From positions 62,806,001-62,870,000 of the forward strand of contig OX597824.1 in the NCBI GenBank assembly GCA_951406725.2: 64,000 bases of DNA, given 5' to 3'. This DNA comes from Octopus vulgaris. Its lineage: Eukaryota. The notes beneath the pieces are model-generated. The model made no database searches. It was not told where the DNA came from and saw only the letters and a program-made list of their open reading frames with translations. Of this stretch, positions 18,871-32,046 are shown one piece after another (position 1 is the first letter of the stretch; each line of letters begins with the position of its first letter). A program made the position numbers and the translations under genes.

Positions 18871-20084
18871 TTTTCTTAACCACGTGATCTCCCCACATTT
18901 TCTTTCTGTACAATAGTATATGCAGGCACTTACGCGCATAGCACACATGTAGCATACTACAAGTGCACAGAGAAAATACGTGCATACGAGCTAATAGGCG
19001 TATGTATAATTTCACTGTTAAGTGATAAACGACCAATTTACCTAAAAATACGATGTTCACTTTTTGATCACAAACTTTATATCCCACCTCCCTATCTTTC
19101 TCCGTCTCCTCTAACAAATTTCAACTTACTAACACATACGTTGTCATTATAGAGAAGCAGACACACACACATACACACACACGTGTGTTCGTGTGTATGC
19201 TTGAATGCGTATGTACACCCACGCACACTCTTACACACATACACAGTATGTGTGTCAGAGTGTGTGTGTGTATGTATATGTGCATGTGTGTGTATGTATA
19301 TATGCACATATACACGTATATAATATAAACAATATTCAATTTAAGAAGGTACTTAAATTTGACGCATCTAGTCGGGTTGAAATAAAATGCGCACACAACC
19401 ATTTTTAGGTGAATACCAACTTTGGTACAGAAGTACTGGCAGAATGATATTCGGGTAATGCATGCAGTGAATTTAACGAAACTTAGGAAATAATCCGCTC
19501 TTGGCCTATTCGAAAAATACAGTCCATAGTATACTTCAGAACACGCGAAAGCGAATTAAATATTAAAAATTAAAAAGTAACAATTGAAGGACAGGTGTCA
19601 ATCCATTACGGCCGTTTCTAGTGAATTGTCTAAATAAGAAATGAATACACTATATCATTATAAAAAAAAACAACCGTTTTCTTCTCCGACTGATCTAGTG
19701 GCAGAATCATTGAATCAGTAGGTCAGCGTGGTTTTTTATTACTATTTTATAGATAATTTCAATTTTTCAAATGCCAATGAGTGTTAAGATTCATGTATTC
19801 ATCTGAGGAAAACGGTTCTTTTTACAATGATATAATATACTTCTTTACCAATCAAATTATTCGTCAGAAACCGCCGTAGAGGATTGACACTTGTCCTTCA
19901 ATTGTTATGTACATATGTGTGGCAGGGGTTCGTGTGTGTACAGGACTGTTTTTATGTGTGCATGTATTTGAGAGTGTCTCTGTGCATAAATGTATGATAT
20001 ATAAGCGTATATCTAGAGTTAAGTAGTGGGCTCTCCCTGGCTTGGTCTTGTACATGTGAAATTAATCCCCTACTCTCTATTCGA

Positions 20085-20340
20085 TCTGGGAGAGACCGTT
20101 ACCTTCCCTGAGACCATTAAGTAGATTACTGGGAATTGGGCTACCGTGACTAGATCTAAGACGAATACTGGAATACAGGTGGTATTTGAACTTAGAATAT
20201 GCAGAGCTGGAAGATATACCATTGAGCATCTCTACTAACGTGAAATGAAATGTTCTGCTCAAGAACAGAATGAGCCACCTGGTCCGGGAATCGAACACAC
20301 GATCTTGCAATCTTGAGTGCACCACGCCGAGTCACGCACT
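20085..20340 (-). mobile_element. tRNA-derived SINE
   Basis: Minus-strand head GGTGCACTCAAGATTGCAAGATCGTGTGTTCGATTCCCGGACC, related to 63185-63505 and 26680-26975. Confidence 0.65.
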
Positions 20341-20441
20341 TCCACATTGTTGAATATATGTGGATGTGAGCATGTGTGCGTGCGCGTTTGTGTGTACATA
20401 TATATATCTATAAACGTTCTTGTGTATACATACATGCATAC

Positions 20442-20509
<68 letters not shown>

Positions 20510-20514
<5 letters not shown>

Positions 20515-20724
20515 TAACCCAAACATGAAGACACAAAGAGAAAACGTAACAACACTAGGACGTGGAACAAGTATAGCCTTATTGAACGCCCAGGAAAGGA
20601 AAGGAAATAAGGAGGATTTAAGCGTTTCGAGCGGAGCTCTTCGTCAGAAACAAAGGAAAAGGAAAGATCCAAGGAAGGGAAGACGGAGGAAAACAAATCA
20701 CCAACGATACACACGCCGTCACAA

Positions 20725-20727
<3 letters not shown>
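20510..20727 (-). mobile_element. ~215-bp hammerhead-bearing repeat flanked by (TA)n on both sides
   Basis: Minus strand at 20616-20651: TTT CTGACGA AGAGCTCCGCTC GAAA CGCT TAAA. Homologous to 26025-26228 and 26455-26668. Confidence 0.75.
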
Positions 20728-20780
<53 letters not shown>

Positions 20781-20994
20781 ATATAATATAATATAATATA
20801 ATATAATATAATATAATATATTATAGATAATATATAAATATATGCATACATACATACATATATGTACACACCTACATAAGTTGTCCGTACCTTCGAAAAC
20901 GCGGAGTAGATGAAACAGGGACAACTGCAAAAGGTGAATATTCTGTATGTAGTGTGTCTCGTTCTATCTTTTATATATGAATATATATATATAT

Positions 20995-21030
<36 letters not shown>

Positions 21031-21293
21031 TTGTATGATAGGCATATATATATATGTATGATATATATATATATATCTATATATATATATATATATAATT
21101 GTATGATAGGCATATATATATATATATATATATATTCTACATTGATTCTACAATGATTCTACATTGAGAGAAGGACGAGATGGACGCTTCATTTTTGTGC
21201 TGTTGCCGCATTATGTCGTACGCGAATGAGAGGATTTGCATCCCCAACGTAGAATTTTTGATGTAATACATGTCCTTGAGGTAGTAATTGTGC

Positions 21294-21371
21294 GCGGCTG
21301 AAGAAGGCCATAGACACACATTATGCATTGTTATAAATCCGTCTAATAAAGGCCCGAAACACATGTACCGC
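21294..21371 (+). ncRNA. Minimal type I hammerhead ribozyme motif (PLE-type)
   Basis: GCGG CTGAAGA AGGCC..GGCCC GAAA CACATG TA CCGC, with an intact core and a GC-rich stem I. It lies in a ~270-bp segment between (TA)n tracts. Confidence 0.85.
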
Positions 21372-22008
21372 TGAATCCTTGGCATCATGTTTTTATTTTG
21401 ATTAATATATATGTATATATATACACACACATTCAGACACAGGAGGAGAAATCGATGAGCCTAAAGAAAACAACTAAAATATTCGCATATATAGATGCAC
21501 ATAGAAAAATAGTTGTATTATATAGCATGAATAACAGATTCTGCTTTTAAAATGAAGCAATGAACGTCTCCACATGCTTGTACACGTCTACGTACACACG
21601 AATATATACACACACCGAACGCCACTCACCTCCACACATATATCATTAACCAATGTCAATCTTAATCCTTCATAAATCAACATATGTGCTGGAAACTATG
21701 ATTCTCTTTCCACTAAGGAACTACAATAGAGCAATGTATAATGATGTATGTATAGGTGTTAATAATGGCTGCTGTACATAGAAGTATGTTTTGAAAATAC
21801 TTATCTCGTGTAGGAATCTTTGCATTCAGTGTTAATATGAGAATACATCTATGAACATAAATAGTGGCATAAATTACAATACAAGACTTGACAATTAGCA
21901 TTCGGGCATGAATAAATAATATATACGAGTAAGTACAGACATACACACGCGCGCACAAATGTGTGTATAAATAAGTATTTTTATATGTTCGTGTATAAAT
22001 ATACATAT

Positions 22009-22059
<51 letters not shown>

Positions 22060-22226
22060 GCGCGTGTGTGCGTGTAGATATATACGTATATTTAGATGTA
22101 TGCATGTATGTATATAAATATATATCTGCATAATTCATACGTATGCATATATGTATGAAAATATATATGTGGGTTTATGTGTGCACACGCCCGTGTGCGT
22201 GTATTTATATATATATATGTGTGTGT

Positions 22227-22286
<60 letters not shown>

Positions 22287-22647
22287 CATATATACACATA
22301 TTTCTGTCACGTGTCCTCAGTGATTACTCAGGGTAGACAGTTGGTAACCTTTATCTTGTATGAAACAAAATTATAAGCTAAACACAGGCATGGGACTGAT
22401 GAGGACAGATTTCCTTTTGGCTTTCTACCACGTAAAGAGAGTGGTGTTGTAGAGTGTTACGCAGCACAAGTAATACAGCAGTACTCTGCGTATTATGTGA
22501 ATTATGTCTGGCTCATCTACAAAAAAAATATTTGAGTAACCTTCATAATTTTATTGAATTAGTTCCATGACAGGAAAATGTTGTTTTCGAAATATTTTGT
22601 CCAAGGTAAGCACTGCCTACCTTGCCTACCTAAACAGCACATCCCTG

Positions 22648-22720
<73 letters not shown>

Positions 22721-22786
22721 GATAGATAAATAGATAGATAGATTAAAATATAGATATAGATATATATTATTATAGAGATAGAAAAG

Positions 22787-23085
22787 AGAGAAATCTAAGG
22801 GATACGAATTAATTTATTAATTAATCAACATATTCGCCAACAATTGTTTATTTCTTTATTTCACGAACAATTTATAATTTATAATTTTGCGTTATAAATG
22901 CCTTCTATAGAAACTCATCATGGTGTACAAAGGACTATGCAAGGGTTACATTAGGATAGGTTTGGAATACTCAGAATATATATACAAATGTTTATTATGT
23001 GTGTATGTACACAAGCTTATTATGCATGTATGCAGGTGATTATGTTGATTAATTAATAAACTAATGTGTATCCATTAGATCTCCC
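22787..23085. repeat. ~300-bp element with ~45-bp imperfect terminal inverted repeats
   Basis: GAGAAATCTAAGGGATACGAATTAATTTATTAATTAATCAACATA pairs with TATGTTGATTAATTAATAAACTAATGTGTATCCATTAGATCTC. Confidence 0.65.
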
Positions 23086-23763
23086 ATGCATATTTGTATG
23101 TGTGTGCGTGTATGTAGTATAAAATCATGAGGTATGAGGGGAGAAGAGCTATCCATTTATTGGAGGGTATATCCATTTAATTTTTCCTATATCACTCTCC
23201 TTATTTTTCCATTTTCATTTTTACTTTCATTTTGGATGTTGTTTTTCTTCTATTCTCTTCACTTTGTACTTGTGATATTTACTCTACCACAATCTGTCAG
23301 AATTAAGTCTCAGCCATATTATTATTGCAAATTTAACAATCATACCTTAGTTCTGTAATTTACGTTTAAATTGTAGCCTTAGACTTAGTTTTACTTTACC
23401 TGTTGTAGTTTACATAAAAGCACTGATTACTACTTTTAGCCATTACTGTTAACAGTTTATGTCTAAATATATTCTTGGCAAATAGACAGATTGTGTTACT
23501 TCATGTTTAAAATAAAATATTCCTCTACTTTCCTCTCGTTTTTCAATATTTGTAAGTAGTGCCGCTTGACATTTTTTTCAAAATATTCTAGTAATTGCCA
23601 ACTGTGTGCTAGTGACTATAAGGAGGTACAGAGTTATCAGTTTCGTTACTTAATACCAATGATAATATCCCATTGTGTAAGGTCGATAACCTAGTACTAT
23701 AATAACACTACATTGAACAAATGTATTCTTATTTTCTTCTTCACTGTCAGTTCGTTTTTTTCT

Positions 23764-23879
23764 GCTCTGAAGTAGATAAATAAGGTTAGTGGTTCCCAAT
23801 ATTTTCAGTCGATCAATCGATTGTATGATAAGATGGAACTATGAAAGCATCCAAACACCACTCTGAAACAGCTGTAGGC
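23764..23879 (+). ncRNA. Degenerate hammerhead ribozyme motif
   Basis: GCT CTGAAGT AGA..long loop..TCT GAAA CAGCTG TA GGC, with one core substitution and a palindromic stem III. Confidence 0.5.
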
Positions 23880-25881
23880 TTATAATAAATAAATGTTTAT
23901 AACCCATTATTTCTGCCTAATTCACACATACATATATATGGACACACAAAAACACACAGATATATACACATATATATATATATATATATATGTCTGAGTG
24001 CGTGTGTGTGTTTGTGTGTGCATGTGCGTGTGTGTGTGTATGTGTGTATGAATATTTTAGATGACAAATTATATAAAACATATTTTTGAAAAACTGAGTG
24101 TTAATTCGTTTACAAACATTTGGTAACATATACGTGTTGTCACTGTATAGAGCTCTTCGGGCATACGTGTTGTGGAAATATGCATAGAGGAAGCTCTCTT
24201 TAGTTGATGTATTGACGATTTCAGATTGTGTATTCTTTAAAAATCTATACTTTTTGTCATTCTAAAAGGATTCCTTTCTTTATTTTAAAAAAAAAATGTA
24301 TATTGTGAATTTTCCATTTGCATAAAATATCGAGCGGTTCACCTCAAGGAACATTTCTAAGAAGTAGATCTTTTGATTTGCAATATGTTCACACTAATCC
24401 GTAGAAATAATTTTGTTCGTATTTGGCCGATATAATTCCCATTGTGTTGTGAGTATATGTATTTAACAAAACGTTTCATTTTGCAATTGAAATTTGCATT
24501 TACGATAGACTTATTTTAATTCTTAAATATTTTTTTTTAATTTGCTATCTTCAGTTATGTTAGATATTTAAAGCATTTTTGTTTTTTGTTTTTTCAAACC
24601 TAATGAAGAAATTGAAGGCCTTCCTCTCCCCGCATCATTTATATGTTTCTCTTTTCATTACAGCCAAAAGCTAGTTTGTCATATTAGGCAAACAATTCCT
24701 TTAGAGCATCCATTGTCACTTCATTAATTTCAGTAACGATACAGTCTCTCTTTCAGGTGCTTGAGGGATGACAACACTTGAAAGAAACTCTTCAGTATAA
24801 TATGTGCAATGGTTGTGCGTTTGGTTATGTTTGTGCGTTCACACGCACATAAGTACACAGATATATACATACTTACATATATACACATGCACAGACGGAT
24901 AGCTGGGTAGGTGGATAAATGAATCCAATAATAGATGACTTATGTAGATAGATGTATGAATGTGTGCATGTGGGTGTGAGTGTGTGAGTGTGTGTGTATG
25001 CACATGTATTTTTTTTGTATGTAAGCATATGGATATGAAAGTAAACCGATGCAGACGGATAGGTACATGTGTTATGAAACAGACAACCACACATACGCAA
25101 ATGGAGACTGAAACACATGACAATATATACACACACACTTTACTCCACACAAGGACACAGGTCCACAATATAGAGATGCCCATCCATACATACATACACA
25201 CACATGCATGCACAAGGAGAAAGAAGTGCATACATATACAAACACACACACATACATAGAAACTACACAAACACGGACATGCAAGTACATGAATATGCAG
25301 AATACATATATACATATACATACATACATATACATACACACACAGGCATACATGCATACACGGAAACATCCAAACATACATACGTAGATGCATGCATAGG
25401 CACACACACACACACTGACCACACACATGTGCACAAACTAAAAGGAACGCATTGTAAATAACGGACAGGATCAAGACAATTGAAATGATTGCAAGACGCA
25501 ACGAAAGTTTTAGGGAAATAAAAATAAGTCATTAGAGGAACTTTTACCGGTGAGTGTGTTAAATTATATGGCACAAAAAGAAAATTAATCTCGCCAGACA
25601 CAACAGAATAATAGACGAGATTACTCGTTCAAATATGGCCCAGGCATGTTTTTTATGATATTCTTCAAAATATATTTTCAAGTTTACTTTTCCTGACATA
25701 CGATAACAGCTGAAATGTTTTTTAATGATTATTACAATATCTCTCGTCTGTCAGAGATGAGAAGGATTATACACTGAATCAATCACCTCCATACACACAC
25801 ATACATATATATGTATGTTTGCATATATACAAATGCATATATATGTATGTATATATACAAATACATATATATGTATGTATG

Positions 25882-25919
<38 letters not shown>

Positions 25920-25982
25920 AACATATATATACACACATACATACGTAGATATATATCCATACATACATACATATATATACAC

Positions 25983-26345
<363 letters not shown>

Positions 26346-26420
26346 CTATATATATATAATATTATATTTGTTCTACGTCCTCGTGGTGTTGTGTTTTTTT
26401 GTGCTTTCTTGTTTGGATTA

Positions 26421-26454
<34 letters not shown>

Positions 26455-26460
<6 letters not shown>

Positions 26461-26668
26461 TAATCTAAACAAGAAAGCACAAAAAAACACAACAACGCGA
26501 GGACGTGAAACAAATATAGTATTATTGGACGCTCAGGAAAGAAGGAAAGAAGGAGGGTTTAACGTTTCGAGCGGAGCTCTTCGTCGGAAACATAGGGGAA
26601 GCAAAGATCCAGAGAAGGGAGGACAGAAGAAAAAGATCACCAACGGTACACACGAGGTCACATTTTGA
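26455..26668 (-). mobile_element. Hammerhead-bearing ~215-bp repeat; its end is inverted relative to a partial copy at 26362-26427
   Basis: Minus strand at 26557-26591: GTTT CCGACGA AGAGCTCCGCTC GAAA CG TT AAAC. Confidence 0.75.
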
Positions 26669-26679
26669 CATACATAAAC

Positions 26680-26975
26680 ATCATCGTCAGACGACGTATC
26701 AGGATTCGATAATTGCTTACCGAACAACCGCAAAAATGATTTGTTTATAGTGACCAAATATTTGTGTAGACACAAGCTCACTCCCTCCATCAAGTAGACA
26801 TTACCTGTACAGGTGTAACGTGTGCCACATGTCAGATGTTGAAATGATCGCAGAGCAACGTGAAATGAAGGGCTTTGCTCAAGAACACAACATAACTCCC
26901 AGTATACTAATCGAACCCACGATTTTACAATCGTGAGTGCAACATCCTAACCACTGAACCATGCACCGTCTTCAC
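26680..26975 (-). mobile_element. tRNA-derived SINE (same family as 63185-63505)
   Basis: Shared head and body, including CCTGTACAGGTAATGTC...GAGTGAGCTT.TGTCTACACAAA and TTCGGTAAG.AATT. Confidence 0.75.
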
Positions 26976-27020
26976 ACACACATACAGACATTGATACAGA
27001 CACGTGTATATATATACATA

Positions 27021-27072
<52 letters not shown>

Positions 27073-27075
27073 CAT

Positions 27076-27199
27076 ACCACATGGTTCCGGGTTCAGTCCC
27101 ACTGCGTGGCACCTTGGGCAAGTGTCTTCTACTATAGCCTCGGGCCGACCAAAGCCTTGTGAGTGGATTTGGTAGACTGAAACTGAAAGAAGCCCGTCA

Positions 27200-27230
<31 letters not shown>

Positions 27231-27450
27231 ATGTGTGCGTGTGTTTTTGTGTCTGAGTTTGTCCTCTAGCATTGCTTGACAACCGATGCTAGTGTGTTTA
27301 TGTCCCCGTTACTTAGCGGTTCGGCAAAAGAGACCGATAGAATAAGTACTGGGCTTACAAAAGAATAAGTCCCGGGGTCCAGTTGCTCGATTAGAGGCGG
27401 TGCTCCAGCATGGCCGCAGTAAAATGACTGAAACAAGTAAAAGAGTAAAG
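27076..27450 (+). mobile_element. tRNA-derived SINE, head slightly truncated, with CR1-like tail
   Basis: Homologous to 7891-8302. The tail is GGCGGTGCTCCAGCATGGCCGCAGTAAAATGACTGAAACAAGTAAAAG. Confidence 0.82.
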
Positions 27451-27493
<43 letters not shown>

Positions 27494-27927
27494 TGTATGT
27501 ATGTACCTATAAAAGAAACATTAGATTTCAATAGCGGCTGCGGCAAAGAATGTTGTTTCCGTCATGAAAGAAAATATTATGGTATTTATACGAGTAACAG
27601 TTGACTACCAATGCTCGCAAATCAAACATCTATAGCATAGCATATCTCTGGTTGGTTCGAGGCATAAACATACGGTTGTTGTTGTTGTTGTTGTTGTTGT
27701 TTTTTGTTTTTGTTGCTGTTCAGCGATAGACCATCTCCAATGAAGAATACATATGATGTTTCTCTCCAGTGAGGTATTTTAGAAAATTGTGTGTGTACTT
27801 AATGGAAATCGGTTTGTTATTTGAAGCCAATTTATCTACGATGAAAATAAACCATTGTCGGGTCTGCTGTGGGGCGGACGTAAAGGCGTTTATTAAAAGG
27901 GAATAGTATTTCTGATTTTTGATTTCT

Positions 27928-28104
27928 GAAGAAGAAGAAGAAGAAGAAGAAGAAGAAGAAGAAGAAGAAGAAGAAGAAGAAGAAGAAGAAGAAGAAGAAG
28001 AAGAAGAAGAAGAAGAAGAAGAAGAAGAAGAAGAAGAAGAAGAAGAAGAAGAAGAAGAAGAAGAAGAAGAAGAAGAAGAAGAAGAAGAAGAAGAAGAAGA
28101 AGAA
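27928..28104. repeat. Perfect (GAA)n, ~59 units
   Basis: Direct reading; it explains the poly-E and poly-S ORFs. Confidence 0.97.
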
Positions 28105-28672
28105 AACTCGTCAGATAAACATTTTACTAAATCGGATTTTAGGCGGCTACAAAACGTAAACATGTTTTTTTACTTTTAACTTAGTTCGTGAACAATCAAT
28201 AAAATTAAACCACCATTTATGTATTTCTTATCTTCAGGCATTTTGTTTTTCACTTTACTCAGAACTTCAGTTAGTGTGTATAAAATATGCATGAATATAC
28301 TTAATATGTTATAGAAATATACTGGTGAACCATGGCGCTTGCTTTGTTTAGTTGCAGAACAATATAATTGAGAAAACATATTATGAAAGACAACTTGATA
28401 TTATTGCCTTTGCTGTGGGCATAGTATTCTTTGGACTCGTTATCTCATATGCCATTGGAATCATAGGATAGTATGTTATAATTTTAGTATGATATTATAT
28501 CATTTTGTTGTTTAGTTACGTATCAACATTGATCGACTATTTTATGGTTGAAATATCCCAGTCATGTTACTCTTTCTTTTGTATGTGTGTATGTATGCAT
28601 ATCACTAAATTACATAATTCAATGTTAAACTGAGAATATGTTAATTTTAGTTAAGTAGTTTGTTTTTCAGGC

Positions 28673-28718
<46 letters not shown>

Positions 28719-28745
28719 GGATAGATATATATACCATATCTTATA

Positions 28746-28805
<60 letters not shown>

Positions 28806-28972
28806 CATTACAGATATAAGGTGAAAAATTATTAATTTAATAAAATCAACAAATTTCACCTAGTAGTTTTTCGGTATGGAAAAGGACCATATTCGGTAAA
28901 AACTTATACAAACAGTTTTTTTTATATATAAATATAACAAACCGAAAGTTATATATATATATATATATATAT

Positions 28973-29205
28973 GTGGAGGCGCAATGGCCCACTGGTTAGG
29001 GCAGCGGACTCGCGGTCGTGGGGTCGCGTTTTCGATTCCCAGACCGGGCGTAGTGACTGTTTATTGAGCGGAAGCACCTAAAGCTCCACGAGGTTCCGGC
29101 AGGGGGTTGTGGTGATCCCTGCTGTACTCTTTCGCCACAGCTGTCTCTCACTCTTTCTTATGTTGATCTGCTCGCTTAGCCAGCGGGATGGTGTCATTTG
29201 AAGGA
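28973..29205 (+). mobile_element. tRNA(Arg)-like SINE
   Basis: Head GGCGCAATGGCCCACTGGTTAGGGCAGCGGACTCGCGGTC...TTCGATTCCCAGACC with a TCG-like anticodon loop. The body is shared with 51507-51711. Confidence 0.75.
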
Positions 29206-29269
29206 ACTCTTATTATACACCGGCAACAATAATAATAATAATAAGAAGAAGAAGAAACAGAAGAATAAG

Positions 29270-30800
29270 ATTTATTACGGAGTTGCATTGCATTACTTGT
29301 AAATTTTTTAATATACATGTTGCTTTACATTGACCTACACATGTTTCAACTGCCTGCATCGATTGCAGTTGCAACCCTACTATAATACTGGGGCAGTTAC
29401 TTCAGGGTCTTTACTTATTATCCGTCGATTTAACTCTTTAAAGTTTCTTGTGTATATACTCTGCGTTGTATGATGGAGAGTTGTCGTTAAGTTAGACGTG
29501 AACAATCTCCATTTCAAGTTTTGAGTGGATTATCACTTGTATTCCATTATTTCAAACCATTCTGTTGTTTAAATGATTATTATTCATTTATGCTGGGCAC
29601 ATGTGAATTCCCTCGGGTGCGAGCATCTCAAAATTTACACCTGTCTAGAATTTATTACATCACACTTGGATGTAAATTTTTTCTAAACACTAAAACACAT
29701 TTTTTTAGTTCCACGTCAGTATAATTTTGCTGTACATATTAATTCCCAATTGATAGTATTATCTTTGTTACTGTCTTTAATAGACCACATTAATTTCCTA
29801 TGACTTGTTTGGAATATTTTACATTTATGTTTAAATGAACTCAAATGACTTGCTACTATCCTCTTAAAAAATAGTATCCCATCAATATAAAAGTATCCAT
29901 TACCCTCAGATATAAATTTACATCTATACATTACATTTTTAGTCTTGCACTTATTTCTCATATAACAGGGTTCCCCTTTAGAAAAATTGCAAGGATAAAT
30001 TTGTTTTTACATTTCTCTTAGATTTAGTTTTAATTTAATCATTCATGATAGAATCAAATTTATTTCATTCTTAGCTGAACTTTTATACGATTCGACGTTA
30101 ACTATGTTAAATTGGGTAGTTTTCCCTTGAGCGAATTTTAAATTCTTAGCATTCTCTTCTATTAAAATTTTTTTCCGTTTGACGTCATTATGCTTAATAT
30201 TTACTATGCTACTCTGATTTCAATACCGTTTTTTGAAATTTCGATATTATTTCAGCATTTTGTGTTGCTATAATTTGTGCAATATTCTTGCTAAGACAGT
30301 TAAGCATGCGAAATTATACTTATTACGTTTTTTAATATTTATGATTGATTGGAAATCATTTTTGAATTATCATATGAAACAATTTGGAAAAATTATAATT
30401 CTTCGAGGTAAGATCACGATCTTGATGTACACCAGTTTTTCGAATGAGTAAGATATCTAGATTTTATTTAATCTTAAAATCTTTGTTTTCAGATTAAAAG
30501 AATTTAAGAGTTTATTAGAGAATATAACATCCTCATTTCTGTTAGCAATACGAGAATTTTAAACTCGGTTATCAACTATTTTACAACTTTTACTTTTGTT
30601 TGAATTAGGATTGTTCATTTGATTATTTTCTATTTTAAAATCAACTATTCTTGTTATTTTATCAACTTCTATATTTGATTTAAAATTTGTATTACTATTT
30701 TCTTCTGATCAGAATTATTTATTTTACTAAATTTTAACTTAGCGTTATTAAAATTACTATTTACATCAGATTCGTTATTTGACTTATTAAACATTATCTT
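29270..30800 (-). mobile_element. Decayed Penelope-like element (GIY-YIG region plus terminal repeat)
   Basis: ORF 29716-29961 reads KCKTKNVMYRC...FYIDG...FKRIVASHLSSFKH...QTSHRKLMWSIKD...INWELICTAKLY. A hammerhead follows downstream. The upstream boundary is uncertain. Confidence 0.75.
29332..29409 (-). ncRNA. Hammerhead ribozyme motif in a PLE 3' terminal repeat (one core substitution)
   Basis: Minus strand: GACC CTGAAGT AACTGCC..GGCAGTT GAAA CATGTG TA GGTC. It is downstream of the GIY-YIG remnant on the same strand. Confidence 0.75.
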
Positions 30801-30829
30801 ATCCTTATACACTTCACTTTTAACACACG

Positions 30830-30882
<53 letters not shown>

Positions 30883-30886
<4 letters not shown>

Positions 30887-31088
30887 GGAAGGCCAGTTCA
30901 TGGTATTAGCTTAGGTTTGCCGTTCATAAAGGGTCAGATCCCCAAAACCTGGAGGAGGAATTTTTTCTTCCTCCATATTTATAAGAGGTCATGGACCAAC
31001 AGGTTTTTAGGATTTGACGATAAGCCATAAAGCTAAATCATTCATGGACAGGAAACCTTAGGTAATCCCATAAACTGGCCTTCCCCAT
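30883..31088. repeat. ~205-bp segment with ~48-bp imperfect terminal inverted repeats next to (TA)n
   Basis: ATGGGGAAGGCCAGTTCATGGTATTAGCTTAGGTTT pairs with AAACCTTAGGTAATCCCATAAACTGGCCTTCCCCAT. Confidence 0.75.
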
Positions 31089-31153
31089 TTTTAATATATA
31101 CTGCTCTATATTTTAGAGCGTGCTTCCTCTTTGGGATTTATGCTTTTTACAAA

Positions 31154-31218
<65 letters not shown>

Positions 31219-31974
31219 ATGTGCGTGTGTGTGTGTATATATATAATACCATTTAATAGCTAGAGAATAAAATTTATAATAGTAACTATAATTACAATAG
31301 AGGGCGCATATTGCACCTAATAGCCGGACAGAGAAGCTAAACCCTCAAGTAAACCACCGAATTACACTGAAATATACAATAGACCAACAGAAATCGGGCT
31401 AGTGAGTAGCGATTCCTCAAGAATAATCACAGTCCAAAGCTGTAGAATGAAGAATTGGATATATTTATATCATGATTTTGAATTCTTCATAAAGCCCACT
31501 CCCTCCTCAATAAATATTGCCATATGAAAAAAAAATAACTAGATACTCAGTGTCCAGATAGTAGAGAGTGTGTATAAATCTGCGAGTTACGTGGATGTAC
31601 GATACTGTTTGGATATTTGTCTGGGGGAAGATACTGAACGGCAGACTACTAAAAGATTGGACAAAGCATAATAGACAACAGCGTTGCCACCTCTATTCGT
31701 GAAATGAAGCTGCAGATAATACCTCGTCTATTAACCCATTAGTTTCCATGGTTTGTATGTAATATGCGATCACCAGATCGTAATGGTGATAAACAAGTTG
31801 ATATCTGCCTCATTATTATATGCCTACACTTTCACATTTAAATTACCTTTTACTTGCATAGGATAATGCACATTCTCGATTGCATTTTATGTTGCATATC
31901 CAACGAAACATTCTAACATCTATTTATTCAAATATATCTTTATTAAAATTTTGCCAGATTTGTTTGTGTATCTA

Positions 31975-32046
<72 letters not shown>

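Noticed and set aside
28855-28902. Hammerhead-like arrangement on the minus strand (TTTACC GAATA TGGT..ACC GAAA..TA GGTGAA)
   Set aside because: The core deviates at several positions; it is too degenerate to count.
28973-29050. Apparent tRNA-Arg gene
   Set aside because: The stems are imperfect and the sequence continues into a SINE body shared with 51507-51711.
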